Positions 33,130 through 45,961 of a DNA stretch of 64,000 bases are shown piece by piece. The translations under genes and the position numbers were made by a program. Numbering within the stretch: position 1 is the stretch's first letter; each line of letters opens with the position of its first letter. The DNA is from a virus (taxonomy: Duplodnaviria > Caudoviricetes), in the IMG/VR virus record IMGVR_UViG_3300021387_000087. One strand, 5' to 3'. The notes beneath the pieces are model-generated. The model made no database searches. It was given only the letters and a program-made list of their open reading frames with translations, and was not told where the DNA came from.

Positions 33130-33297
33130 TATGAAAGAGATAATTAAACACATTGCAACGGAACTTGACTACAGAAACGAATTCACCACAAAGGAATTCG
33201 TTCTGTATTCAATTCTCACTACAGTATGTCTGGTGATTGCTTGCTGTGGTGAGACTATTGTTAACATGATGTAATTAAAAGCGAAAGGAGATTTATC

Positions 33298-33753
33298 ATG
33301 ACCAACGCAAACACAATCGCAGTTTTTGACGCAACTATTTTCACACACCTTGCCGATCATCTGAACGAGGGAAGACAGAATCCCGTAGTCATAACCATGA
33401 GGGAAATCATGGCGGCACTTATGGGCGAAGAACTTCTGGAAGATATTCCAGACGAGCCTATTCAGGTTATCGTCACTAATGAGGCAAACAGATTCGGTGC
33501 AGTCAATATCTATAACGAAGACTGCATCAGACAGGTGCAGGAAAAGTTGCACGCAAATAACTTCTATGTTCTGCCCAGCAGTAAGCACGAAGTTATTTGT
33601 ATCCCTACTGAGGGAATTGAAATTAATGATCTGCTAACTATGGTAACAGAAATCAATCAGACGCAGGTTAGGGAAGAAAATCGTTTGGGCGATTTCGTCC
33701 TGTATTATGACGGAGACACAAGACAGCTTGTTAAAGTAGCTGAGAATATTTAA
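33298..33753 (+). CDS. DUF5688-like protein
   Basis: VTNEANRFGA, FYVLPSSKHEVI, MVTEIN motifs. Confidence 0.7.
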   Translation: MTNANTIAVFDATIFTHLADHLNEGRQNPVVITMREIMAALMGEELLEDIPDEPIQVIVTNEANRFGAVNIYNEDCIRQVQEKLHANNFYVLPSSKHEVICIPTEGIEINDLLTMVTEINQTQVREENRLGDFVLYYDGDTRQLVKVAENI

Positions 33754-34471
33754 TCCCAGATAAAGCGCACAACAACAGAAAGGAAGTATGTTGTGCGCTT
33801 CAATGTAGGATTAAATTATTTTAAAAAAGAAAGGAGCAACAAAATGACAGCAGACAATTTAATCAAAGCGTGTGCAAGTCCTGTCGATATTCTCATCGTA
33901 GAGTTTGAAAACGGAACAAGTGAAGAGTACGATCTCTGGAATACAGAGGAATGTACAAAATCTATGCAGTATCAATATAAAAAAATCGATGCATTTGACA
34001 TGTATGACACCGATCAGGGAAAAACTTTACAGGTCTGGCTTTAAAGAAAGGAGATAATTAAATGGGAGCAATCATCAGAACGCCTGACGGAAAGCAGTCC
34101 GCATACATCACACTGTCCGATGCCGTGGCAAAGGCAAAGGAACTTTGCGGAGACGAACTTGTTGATTTCATTCTGGAAGAGACAAGCGAAGCAGGATACA
34201 ACGAAGATGCAAAAGCACTGTCTCCTGTAATGCCATTGATTGAGGCAGCTTGTTTCTGGGATTCAATCCCGACAGGTGACGAACCGAGTGAAGCAGATAA
34301 GGAATACAGCATTGCTGAAGGATATCAGTCAATGCTTATTGAAATCCGTGACATCATTGATGAACGGATTATGCCTCTGATTGAGGGAAGATTAAACAGA
34401 CAAAAATTAAGCGAAGCTGTTTCAGACATCCGTAAGATCTCTGTCAACTGGTAAAAGAAAGAGAGGTAAAC

Positions 34472-34954
34472 ATGAAAGTATATAAATACAATTCCGTCCT
34501 GAACGAAAACAGAATTCCTGTTATGGTTCAGGATAAAACAGTTTCCTACAAGGTAGACAATCGTAGGAAATTTGAATGCACATCAGATATGTATAATCTT
34601 GGTCGTGCGTTAAATCTGCACAATATGCCTGACGAATATGTATATTGTGCATGCTTTGATTGCCGCATGCATCTAATTGGCTTCTTTGAAGTCAGCCACG
34701 GAAGCGCACTGTGTAGCTTGGTTGACAAGAGAAGCGTGTTTCAGAAAGCACTTCTTTTGAATGCGGTATATATCTGTTTAATGCACAATCATCCATCAGG
34801 TGATGTTGACCCGTCAAGGGAAGACATTGAGATTACAAAAGTAATTAAAGCAGCCGGGGATATGATTGGCGTTGGTCTGATCGATCATATAATTGTAGGT
34901 GATGGCTATTATTGCTCTATGAGAGAAAACGGAAGCACGAATGATATTTTTTAA
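34472..34954 (+). CDS. radC: RadC-like JAB domain protein
   Basis: EVSHGS, HNHPSGDVDPSRED, LIDHIIVG. Confidence 0.9.
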   Translation: MKVYKYNSVLNENRIPVMVQDKTVSYKVDNRRKFECTSDMYNLGRALNLHNMPDEYVYCACFDCRMHLIGFFEVSHGSALCSLVDKRSVFQKALLLNAVYICLMHNHPSGDVDPSREDIEITKVIKAAGDMIGVGLIDHIIVGDGYYCSMRENGSTNDIF

Positions 34955-34974
34955 GAAAGGAAGAGGTAATTAAA

Positions 34975-35754
34975 ATGGCAATTATTAGAAACAAAAATGC
35001 GACTCCCGAAAATCAGCTTCCTATGTACACTGGATATCTTGATGAAAAGACTCATATTCACGTCATTGACGGTAACAGTGAGATGGGCAAGGGAATTTAT
35101 CATTATTCCACTCTTGCGGGATGCAATATTTTCATCAAAGCAGACGGAACTATTATGACAGATATTCACGGAACATGCGGAGATTTTTGTAAGCATTGCG
35201 AAAAGATTTGCTACGCAAGAAAATATACAATGCGTAACCATATAGGATGCATGCCCGCTTATATTGACAACACTCTGCTTCTCCGTGGAGATAGAGACAA
35301 GTTCTTCAGGGAACTGGAAGATTTCTTCTACTACAATGTGGTTAGCGTGTTCAGAGCACACGTAAGTGGTGAGTTTCTGGATTATGATCACTTGAAGAGA
35401 TTTCTTAAACTCGCCACAAGACATCCTGAAACGCAGTTCTACTTCTATACAGAAGCAGAAGTGTTCATAGACAAGGCAGAAGATGAGGGACTTCTTCCAC
35501 TCAAAAATGTTGTGCCGTGGATTTCTGTGCCGACCTGTGAAATGGATAGACCGAACCCTCGTAACCACAGACGAGCATACATCGATGACGGAAAGCATCC
35601 CGATCCCCGTTTGAAGAATGTATTTCATTGCCCTAAAAACACAAAGGACGGAAAGAAAACAGGGAAAACCTGTTCTATGTGTAAGACCTGTCCTTATGGT
35701 AGAGCAGGTGGCAAAGGGAAAGAAGTTATGGAAGTCGCATTGTGGAAGCACTAA
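34975..35754 (+). CDS. Gp88-like Cys-rich protein
   Basis: TC...C...CYA, FRAHVSGEF, FYFYT, C-terminal C..CKTC. Confidence 0.65.
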   Translation: MAIIRNKNATPENQLPMYTGYLDEKTHIHVIDGNSEMGKGIYHYSTLAGCNIFIKADGTIMTDIHGTCGDFCKHCEKICYARKYTMRNHIGCMPAYIDNTLLLRGDRDKFFRELEDFFYYNVVSVFRAHVSGEFLDYDHLKRFLKLATRHPETQFYFYTEAEVFIDKAEDEGLLPLKNVVPWISVPTCEMDRPNPRNHRRAYIDDGKHPDPRLKNVFHCPKNTKDGKKTGKTCSMCKTCPYGRAGGKGKEVMEVALWKH

Positions 35755-37816
35755 ATTAAATAACGACCACAGAAATGTTTACAAAATGTTTACAACTGCG
35801 TGAGCATTTCTGTGGTATGATTAATAAACAAGTGAAAATTAAATGATAAAAAGAAAGCGAGATAAAAAATGTGGGCAATCAAATGTAAAAGTTTAAATCT
35901 GATACTTGCTTACAATAAAGCAAACGATGGATATTTCTGGACTCATTTATCTGTGTTCTACGAATTAATAAAATGTGGAAATAATACAAAAGAGCATCGT
36001 TTTTGTTTTCCCACAAAAGAAGAAGCGACTATAAAACTAAATAAATTAAAAAAACAGCATCCTATGTGGTATAAACGGAAAGATGTGTATGTGTGTAATT
36101 TAAAAGAAAGCGAGGAAAGCAAATGATTCTCAGATTTAAAACCCCTGATGCCGTAGCAGGAAGTCACAGATACGATTGCGTAGCTTTCAACACGGAAACA
36201 GAATTGTATTGCAGTCAGGATTGGGTCAAGACTGATCCGAATACTGAATGTAAACTGGTCACAGATAAAGACCAGATAATAAAAATTATTTCAGAATGCG
36301 ACTTCAATGGATATGGAGAAGCGTATTCCAGAGAAGAGTTCTTTGGAAAAACAAGACCTGACGATCTGCCGTTTTGTTAAAAGAAAGGAGTGAGACAAAT
36401 GAAAAGTGATTGGTTCTTCACAAATACAGGCAAACTTGCTACTTTAAATCAGCTTACAGAATTGTATCAGTTAATTCATGAAAATTCCGCGCCAACATAC
36501 AAAGATATTACAGAAGAATTTAAAATAATTCCCCTGACAACTTCTCAGGCATTCTCAATCGCCAAAAATCAAAAAGAATTAATTAAGGCAACTAGAATTT
36601 GGCATGAGTTGTCTGATTGGGGCATAAAAGAAAGCAGAGATTATGTGCAAGATATTATTGAAAGAAGTAAATGATATGAGGCTGTTTGATAGAGGAAAAC
36701 TTCTGGAAAGCGAACTTAATGGAATGGCAATCTTTATACTGCCCGCGACTTCTTATGATGAAAGTGTGGTAACACTTATAAAAACAGCAGAAGCCGCTTA
36801 TGATGAATGGATGGCTGAAGCCGATGAAGTTGGTGATGAAGCCATCTGTGATTGGATTATTTATCGTCTTGAACAGAACGGCTTCAAGTACGAAAAAGAT
36901 TACAGAATTTTTACTGATTTAAATTGGGACTAAGAGAAAGGAGAACGCAATGAGTAAAAGGTATATGAAGGAATATGGAAATGACATTTTGAAAAGAAAA
37001 AAGGAAATGTTTTATTCCAAAGACGAATTAGCGAGAATGAAAACTAGAATAAATAAAATTATAGAATTATATAATAGAGGCTATGTTACCGTGACAGAAA
37101 CAATGAGGGAACTTATTGATATCGATAATGATTATTGAAAGGAGACCCTAATGAACGGATACAAAATTAATGTTGCAAAGAAAGATAGCCGGGGAATGTG
37201 GGGACATTTATTCGCAACAGATACACGTTCACTTCATACCGAAAGTGAAGCAAAAGAACTGTATGAATTGTTTAAAGAGAAATTTCCTGAACCCGACTAT
37301 GACATTTTGGTTACACGTGTAGAAACGATTGGACACCCTGTTGAGTTTTAAAAAAAGGAAACGCACAATAGAAAAGAAAAGGGAGGCAAATAAAATGTTT
37401 ATAATGATCCATCATGATGTCCAGCCTTATGAGAGAAGCACAAATAAAATTAAAACATCCATTATTAACACGGACTATATTGCCGCCATAGATTTAACAG
37501 ATAGACGTATCCAGATGATCGGTGGTGGCAATTACATCCATGTAAGAAGAGAAGACATAGATAGTGTTATGGAGTTTCTACCTATAATTGATTAAGGAGG
37601 TAAAAGAAAATACTATGGAAAAAGAATTTGTGGTTAATGTAAAAGTAGCTATGCGTATGAAGAACAGTGAGACAGAAGAACAAGCCAGAAACAGATTTTA
37701 TGAGCAGCTGTGGAGTGGAATCTGTGGCTCTGAAGATTTCGGAATGGAATTTGAATATCAGGATGATGGCAAAGTAAATGTACTAGATTATTAAATAGAA
37801 AAGCGAGGTAAATAAA

Positions 37817-38216
37817 ATGACAGAACTTGAAAAAATCCTGAAACCCCTGATGGAAATCGCAGACGATGAGATATTCTGCACACAGGAATATGAAGCCATC
37901 AAAGACTACATCGAAGAGAAAGACTTCATTGGTGTAACGACCGATGACTGGCAAGAGATTGCAGCTCGTGGCTATGATGTGGGTTGGCTTATTGAATGCT
38001 ATGTTCCTAATCTTCCAAAGGAAAAGAAAATTAAATACGCAAAAACAAATTTGGGAAAAACTTGCAGATGTGCCTACAGCAGAAAACAGATTTGACTTGG
38101 TAACGGATGCTGATTTTAGATGCTGGTGCAAGGGAACTTCAATCATTGAATTGTGGCAAGACATTGAACACTGGTTCGGTGTAAGTGTTGCGGTTGATTT
38201 AATGGGACTTGAATGA
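37817..38216 (+). pseudogene. Hypothetical gene split by a 1-nt frameshift in an A-run
   Basis: Removing one A at 38041-38045 joins ...KIKYAK to QIWEKLADVP...; the joined product resembles the downstream 38209 protein. Confidence 0.55.
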
Positions 38217-39135
38217 AAGAGAGGTAAAAGAAATGAGTGATTTTACAATGAATCTTAGAAACATCGAAAACATGAAAAATGACCGTGAGCGAATTGAAGT
38301 GTCTAATTTCTATGTCACTAATTATCTGAGGGAAAACGATTGTTGCATTTCCTCAGAAGATTGGAAAACAATTCTGTTCTACGACTATGACCCTTGGTGT
38401 CTGATTTACGAAATCGTAGAATATTGGACACCAGAAAAAGAAAGAACAGTTGCTAAAATCTGGTGGAATGAATTTGAAAAAATAAACACGGATGATTACG
38501 GTCGGATAACGGAACCGTTTATGTTCTGGCCTGAGGCAACTGATCAGTTTGATATCATGGAAGCCTTTAAAGACTTCTTTGACGTTGATGTGATAGAGGA
38601 CGAAGAGTTTATGGGTATGAAAAGTATTGAGGAGGGATTTGATATGCCAGAAAAAGAAATTACTTATATTTTTGAAAACGGAAATCATGCAGATGTTTTC
38701 CGTCATGGACGTAATGATTATTCTGTGTATTTTCATGACGAAGATTATTCTGTTCGTGGCAGCTGGCTGGAAATTGCAACAGAGGTAAAAGACTACGGAG
38801 CAAAACAGGTTAGTATTATCGATCAAGTCAATAAAACATGGAACAAGGAAAAAGAAGATGAGATGGCATCAACTTCATGTGGAAGATATATGAATATCTG
38901 GGCAATTGACGGCGCATATGATTGTCTCATTAAATTTCATGAAGCAGAAGATGATGATAAGATAGATGAAGCTATTAAGGCAACAGAAGATATTTGTCAT
39001 CATATTATGAAAAATAAATATATGAAAACAAAAGAAAAAAGAAATCTGATTGATAACCTGTTAGACACATACACCGAATTTGGTGTAGGTGTAATTATTA
39101 TTACTGATAAGGCAAAAGAAAGGAGTGATAATTAA
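38209..39135 (+). CDS. Hypothetical protein
   Basis: Long acidic ORF with GAGG RBS. Confidence 0.65.
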   Translation: MNEREVKEMSDFTMNLRNIENMKNDRERIEVSNFYVTNYLRENDCCISSEDWKTILFYDYDPWCLIYEIVEYWTPEKERTVAKIWWNEFEKINTDDYGRITEPFMFWPEATDQFDIMEAFKDFFDVDVIEDEEFMGMKSIEEGFDMPEKEITYIFENGNHADVFRHGRNDYSVYFHDEDYSVRGSWLEIATEVKDYGAKQVSIIDQVNKTWNKEKEDEMASTSCGRYMNIWAIDGAYDCLIKFHEAEDDDKIDEAIKATEDICHHIMKNKYMKTKEKRNLIDNLLDTYTEFGVGVIIITDKAKERSDN

Positions 39136-39472
39136 ATGGCTATACTTACAAAACACGCATCAATGCGAATGTCGCAGAGATGTGGAATTCAAAAGAAAAC
39201 GCAAGCCAAAGTGGTTCGCCGTGCATGGAGACATGGACTTACGCACAGTGAATCATCTGTTGATCCAAATCTGAAGCGTTGGATTGATGGTCTGTATTTA
39301 TCACAACACAAACCAAATAAGATTCTGCTCTATGGAAATGGAGCATATCTGTTTAAGGATGATGTGTTGTTGACTGTGATACACATTCCTGAGAGTTTGC
39401 AGGAGTGTGTGAATCGGTTGAGAGAAACAAAAGGTAATAGATTAAATAAATAAAAAGAAGGGAGTATTAATT

Positions 39473-40000
39473 ATGGGTAGTTTTAGTTGGGTAAGAGCGG
39501 AGCATACTACAAAGAGAAGTAATTTAACAGAGGGAGATAGCTATAAAATCCTTATTCCAAAGGAATTCGGTGGTGGTTATATTAAAGATACGTATTGGGA
39601 TTACGGATGTGTATTCGCTAATACAGATCACGAAGCTGATTTGTATGGTATTCTAGCTTATTGGAATCATTGCGAAGGAATGATTTATGATTGCGAACAT
39701 TATCCCGAAACAATGGAAGAGATTTTGAAATATGGAAACACAACTTCACAGAATAATCGATGTAATGGTATTGATATAGGATGTTACGATGAGCAAGTAG
39801 ATAAATTAAAATATCCATTGAAACTTGTTTCTGCATCTTATAAAGGAACTTATGAAGAATGTGCAGGAAGAAGTTACTCCGATCCTAATCAGGGATTTAG
39901 CAAAGGATATTGGGACAAAGACACTTATGCTGATTATGATTATTACCGTCAAATACTTATTAAAGCTGAAAAAGAAATAAATAAAAGAAAGGAATATTAA
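39473..40000 (+). CDS. Hypothetical protein
   Basis: MGSFSW start, DPNQGF motif. Confidence 0.65.
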   Translation: MGSFSWVRAEHTTKRSNLTEGDSYKILIPKEFGGGYIKDTYWDYGCVFANTDHEADLYGILAYWNHCEGMIYDCEHYPETMEEILKYGNTTSQNNRCNGIDIGCYDEQVDKLKYPLKLVSASYKGTYEECAGRSYSDPNQGFSKGYWDKDTYADYDYYRQILIKAEKEINKRKEY

Positions 40001-40363
40001 ATGAAAGCATATAAATTACTTCGTATCTTGAAATCTGACGGAAAACTTCATCCTCTGTTTATTAATAAATCCGTTCCTACCCCAATCGGGGTATGGATGG
40101 ATGCAGAGTGTCATCCCACTAAGGGATTTGCTATTCGCTGTGGATGGCACTGTTGCTTCATACCGCTTGCCCCGCATCTTAATATGGAACTTTCCAATGG
40201 AGAGAAACGAATCTGGTGCGAGGTTGAGGTTGAAGATTGGGAATCTTATGATCGCCCTGAAAGTCAGGGTGGCGCATGGATTCTGGCACAAAAAATGAAA
40301 ATTAATCGAATCCTTACAATGGAAGAGGTTAATGAAATTCTTAAAGAAAAAGAGGTGGCGTAA
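40001..40363 (+). CDS. Hypothetical protein
   Basis: KAYKL...LHPLFI...GWHC...ESQGGAW motif pattern. Confidence 0.65.
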   Translation: MKAYKLLRILKSDGKLHPLFINKSVPTPIGVWMDAECHPTKGFAIRCGWHCCFIPLAPHLNMELSNGEKRIWCEVEVEDWESYDRPESQGGAWILAQKMKINRILTMEEVNEILKEKEVA

Positions 40364-41243
40364 ATGGAATTAATTAACTACGATTCTCGACAGCCTTATG
40401 AAGACTTCGGGAATGCAATTATTGTTAGAGCATGTGATGATTATGTAGATGCTCTAAAGGAATTAAAAAAACCCAAACCAAGTGATCCTAAAAATAAAAA
40501 AGGTTGGGTCACTAAACAATATAACGCACTTCAAGAGATACGAAACATAAACCGTTTCTTTAGAAGTAGATTATATTCATTCATTACATCGGTTGATCCT
40601 GATTATATTATTCAGAAATTAGTCAAAGAACATGCGACAAAAGAAATAATTAAAAAAGTAAACAATACACCATTTGAAAAAGAAAGGATTTAATTATGAC
40701 AGAAAGACTTATGAATATTTGGAAACATGTTGATCGCATCGGTGACCCTGACCTTGCAGATCGGATTGAGGAATCATTGCTTAATGATTACCTCATGGAA
40801 ACAAAATTCATGATTCCTGAAGAGGACTGGTATGAAATTCAAACCAGAGGATATGATATTGAAATGATGCGTAAAGACGCAGATGAAAATCATCCAGAAT
40901 GGAAACCTAACATCATGGATGCCCTTGATAAAGTTGTTGATGATGAAGATTTCTTAACAGAATTCTTCAGGGGGTATGAAATTGGCACTGGCGGGGCTGA
41001 AATTGAAGAAGACATGTATTCATAAAAGAGGTAAACAAAATGAAAGAGATTAAAATTAAAATCACAGACGAGGAATACAAGAGACTACTGAGAATCGGAT
41101 CACTTGACGCTGTTGAGTGTGGTGATGAATGTGCCTACGGAACGGATGAAGAAAGAATTCAGTTTGCAGGCGATTATGCAATTCGTTGTGGAATTGAAAC
41201 TGGTGAAGCCTATTGGGGCGAATATGAGGAGGATTATTGTTAA

Positions 41244-41888
41244 ATGAAAGTATTAGAATTGTTCGCTGGCACACAGTCAATCGGAAAAGAATTCAAAGCA
41301 AGAGGACATGAAGTGTTCTCTGTAGAATGGGATAAGGATTTTGAAAACATCAGTTTATATGCAGATATCAGTAAACTGACTGCAACAGAAATCCTTGAAA
41401 AGTTTGGTCATCCCGATGTTATCTGGGCGTCACCCGATTGTACAACATTCAGTGTGGCTGCTATCAGTAAACACAGAAAGCGTAATCCTGAAAACGGAAA
41501 CCTTGAACCGATTTCTGATTATGCAAAATTCTGTGATGCAACTGATCAGCATGTGCTTGATTTGATAAAAGAATTAAATCCTACGTTCTTCTTTATTGAG
41601 AATCCTAGAGGAGCAATGAGGAAAATGGAATGGATGCAGGAAATTCCGAGATATACAATTACATATTGTCAGTACGGAGATAGTCGGATGAAACCCACTG
41701 ACATCTGGACGAATCATCCTGACCCGCAGTTTAAACCACCTTGCAAAAACGGAGATCCTTGTCATATGAGAGCACCAAGAGGTTCAAGAACAGGAACGCA
41801 GGGGCTTAAAGGTGCAAAGGAGAGAGCAAGGATTCCTGAACAGTTCTGTAAACATATCGTAGATATTTGTGAAACATACATTAATTAA
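41244..41888 (+). CDS. Short C5 DNA cytosine methyltransferase-like protein
   Basis: Motif I LELFAGT, motif IV ASPDC, motif VI IENP. Confidence 0.8.
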   Translation: MKVLELFAGTQSIGKEFKARGHEVFSVEWDKDFENISLYADISKLTATEILEKFGHPDVIWASPDCTTFSVAAISKHRKRNPENGNLEPISDYAKFCDATDQHVLDLIKELNPTFFFIENPRGAMRKMEWMQEIPRYTITYCQYGDSRMKPTDIWTNHPDPQFKPPCKNGDPCHMRAPRGSRTGTQGLKGAKERARIPEQFCKHIVDICETYIN

Positions 41889-43182
41889 AAGGGAGGTAAA
41901 TAGCATGACGAGAGAAAGCGCTGTTAATTATCTGCTGAAGAACGACATCTTTACTGTAAGCAGTGAGGGAACTCCGGCAATGGAATTCTATATTAAAAAT
42001 CTAATGGAATCAACAGATAGTATATATGACATTGATTGTTATGCTCATTTAAATACCTTATTTGGCTACGATATTGGTTTTAATAACGCCATGGAAATTG
42101 ATTGCTGGCTTTATAATCCTGATATAAATGAAAAGGATCTTGAGTTGTGTACGTTAGAGATAACGTATAAAGATAAAGAGTTAATTGAAAAATGTTGTCT
42201 CCAGTGCGGTATTGATGTATCGTTCGACAAATGGAGAACGGAAGATTTTGATGTGTATGAATATTTTAATTAAAAGGAGAGAATAAAATGAAGAACAAAA
42301 AACATCTTCCTACAAAACTTATTCCTGTAACCATTTACTGTGATTCCACTGGTCTGTTCAGCGAGGAAGAATGTAACACCGACAATCTTACAGATATGCT
42401 TTTTCCTGAATGGATTGTAAACGAGTGGTACAAAGAAAATGAAAAAGTCTTGGCTTTTAAATGCGAAGCTGAGGGGTATGAAGCCAATGCATATAACTGG
42501 TACACGGAAGTGTATACGGCTGATGATACAGACGGGCTGTATGATTTTGCTGTAGCAAAAGGATATGATCCTGTGTTTGATATGTCTGCTAACACACAAG
42601 ACGCAGTTGTTTATGAGAATTTAGAATATGAAACCGTAGTTGTTTTCACAGGAGATTATCTTGAATGCCGTAAATGGGCAAGTAAACACGATTGGAAAAT
42701 CACAATCGGTTATGGTGATACAGAAGTTGATCTGAAAATGTTGTTTGGTTAAATAAAAAAGGAGATAAATAAAAGGGCTTGATTATTATTGGAATGATAT
42801 GAAAGAAGATAATCCGTTGAAAGATTAATTAGAAGGGAGATAATTAAATGAAGGTAAAAGAATTAATTAGACAGCTTGAAGGTTATGATCCAGAAGCAAG
42901 AGTATATACATCTTCTTATATGGGAGAAGGCACGGACGAAGTACTTGCATGTATTGCATATGTGCATAATGGAGATGTAATTATAGAGAATGAAAACCAA
43001 TTTGATGTAGAAAATGAAATTGATGAAATGCTTCATTGGTATGCCGATAATAATTATGATGAAGCAGACGCTTATCAGGAAATGATTGATAGAGGTTATA
43101 CTCCTGATTTGTTGGATACTTATTATGATTCCGAATTTAAAAATCATACAATGAGAAAATATTGTGAAGAGCATGGAATTGA

Positions 43183-43797
43183 ATGGTAAGAAAGGAGATA
43201 AAAGAAATGGCATATAGTTATCCTACACCTGAAGGGATAAAATTCGCAATGAAAGAGGGTTGGACAAGGAAACAGGCCGAGCGTGGCTTTGAAATCTTTG
43301 ATTTTGACGGGCTTGGTCTTCTGGAAATTGAAGCAATTGGTGATTGTTATCCTGACCAGATTTATGATGATGAAGCGGCTGCAAAGGAAGCAGAAAGAAT
43401 TGGTTATTGTAAAATTATTCCTGTAGACGAACTTCCTAATCCGTTTATTATTTATGGAAGTGATCGTAGATATTTCGGTTGGATAGACACGCTCGAAAAT
43501 AGAAAACGTATTGAAGAATTCGCAAAAAAGGAGAAAGAAAAAATGAATAGAAGAGCACTTGCATTTGAAACACACAGAACTGGATATGATATTAACCAGA
43601 TTGCTGATGGTGCAATTACAGTAAAAGAACTTAAAGATTTTCTTGAAGGTTATCCTGAAGATATGTTAGTTGTTTTTAAAAATGACAATGGTTACACTTA
43701 TGGGAATTTTGATCTTAGTTTGGGAGATGAGGGTGTGACAACTTATAGAGAAAGATACGATGAAGAATATGATGAAATGGAATTTGTTGAAGAATAA
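43183..43797 (+). CDS. Hypothetical two-domain protein
   Basis: C-terminal TVKELKDFLEGYPED motif shared with 42848-43189. Confidence 0.6.
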   Translation: MVRKEIKEMAYSYPTPEGIKFAMKEGWTRKQAERGFEIFDFDGLGLLEIEAIGDCYPDQIYDDEAAAKEAERIGYCKIIPVDELPNPFIIYGSDRRYFGWIDTLENRKRIEEFAKKEKEKMNRRALAFETHRTGYDINQIADGAITVKELKDFLEGYPEDMLVVFKNDNGYTYGNFDLSLGDEGVTTYRERYDEEYDEMEFVEE

Positions 43798-45616
43798 TTA
43801 AAGGAGAAAAAAACAAATGATTACATTCGATCCTAAAATTAGCGGCACAAGAGTTACTGGAAGTGAAATCGATGATGTAATGTACAATATCATCTTCCCC
43901 TCACAGTTTATTTCCTTGAAAGATTGCATTCGTAAAATTCACCGTCAGGAATCAATGAACTGGTTGCTTGACACATTACGATTCAGTAAGGGAGAACATG
44001 CTGGTGATTGGTGTGCAATTATTGATTGGGATTCAATCGCTAAGTTAACTATCTTAGAGAAATATTCTGAGGTAGAGAAACAGTTCATTAAATACTTCGG
44101 TGAGAACTGGATGGAACATTATATTAGATTTAATCATTAATTAAAGGAGATGGGAAATGAAAAAGAAATATTATTGTATACCACTTTCCAAAGTAGGAAC
44201 AGAACTAGAGTATGAAGACAGTTATTATAGTACGATACAACGTGCTGGGGAATTGCTCCGATTTGAAGACTATCCAACTCATAGACATGAGTCATACGGA
44301 TATGTTTATGTTATGGAACTCATCCCAGAGAAACGAATGATGTCTGTCAAATACCTGCATTCACATATTGGCAGGTTCTCCGTTATTGAGGCAGATCAGA
44401 ATGAGATATTTAAAGAAGACGGACGTTATTGGTTAAAGGAATTTGAAGAAGCTAACAATACAACAATATATAAACAGCATTATATTAAAGGAGAATAAAA
44501 ATAATGAGATATTTTCAGCAGTACAAAGAACCCGATGCAACGGAATTTGAAATTACAAAAGAACAAGCAAGACATATTTTAGAGGGAAATTGGAAAGAAG
44601 AAATGTTGGAAGATATATTTGAAAATGAAAAAAGTTTTCGATTGTTTACAATGTTTTCTAAAATTTGGACAATGGATGAAAACGGATTGGTTCCAATGCC
44701 CGGATTTTATGGTGTATGTGAATAATTAAATTAAAAGGAGAACGCAAATGATTAAAAAAGAATTCAAGAAAATTTGTAAACGCTTTGATGATGTAATGTG
44801 GGATATCGGTTGTGAGTATCTTGCACTGTCCGATGGAAAAAGCGAAATCTTTTCTGATCGGCGTTATTACAATGTTGAACATGGGGTCACGTTGCAGTGG
44901 ATGGTTGATGAAGCCGAATATTGGCTTAGCTGCTATTACGAACCCGGTCATTGCCGTTGTGATGACAAACATGACGGAAAAGAGGGATATAAAATCTGGC
45001 TTTCAGAAACAGGTAAACTTAAAAGGCTTATCAAAGCAATAGAGAAATTTGGGGACCTTAATGTTTGTGTTGAAGAAAAGGAGAATTAAAATGACAACTA
45101 CAGAAACACTTTATGAAAAATATGATGAAATAATCAAAGCAATGAAACAGGCATATGAAGATTCTTTATATCAGCCTTGGTGCATTTATTGTGTGGACAT
45201 GAATAAAGAAGATGATACAATTGTTGTTCATACTTTTTCTGACAGAAATTCTTGGATTCAGGGATACTATACTATTTGGACGTGCGACAATGAATATTTT
45301 GATCTATTCGCTGCATGTGAATACAGAACATGGAAAAGAGTATATGAAGAAGAAATCCTGCCTTTTCTTAACGAAGAAGAGAAGAGGAAAGTTGATATGT
45401 TCATTGCAGAATATCAGTCAGAAAATCTATATGAGAATGATGATTTTTGGACATATGCTGAAGTAATGGATTTTGTGGAAAATAAACTTCCTGAACATTG
45501 GTCAAGATACAGAGATAAATTAATTCAGGAAGTTATAGATAATACAGATGAAGATTACTTCACAGATATTCTTGACGAACGAATTGCAGAAATGGAATAC
45601 TATGAAGATATGACGA

Positions 45617-45961
45617 GTGAAAGGGAATAAAACAATGAAAAAATATAATTATGTTATTTATCAGGCAAAAGTTGAAGCACCGTTTACATTTCTTGGTTGG
45701 GAAATGGCTAATAAAATAACAGATTGGTCATTTGCCCCTTACCGTTCTGTATGGAACGGATATGAAGAAGCTGCTGACGATATGGATTTGCTTGGGTATC
45801 TTTTTGAGACGTTCAATATTAATCATCCAGATGGATATAGAGCGCGTTCAATGAGTGTGAGTGATGTCATTCTTGTTCAGGATATAGAGACAAACGAAAA
45901 GAAATATTATTATTGCGATAGCTTTGGTTGGAAAGATATTACAAAGGAGATTAAAGAATGA
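45617..45961 (+). CDS. YodL-like domain protein
   Basis: FETFNINHPDGYRARSMSVSDVI...YYCDSFGW. Confidence 0.8.
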   Translation: MKGNKTMKKYNYVIYQAKVEAPFTFLGWEMANKITDWSFAPYRSVWNGYEEAADDMDLLGYLFETFNINHPDGYRARSMSVSDVILVQDIETNEKKYYYCDSFGWKDITKEIKE

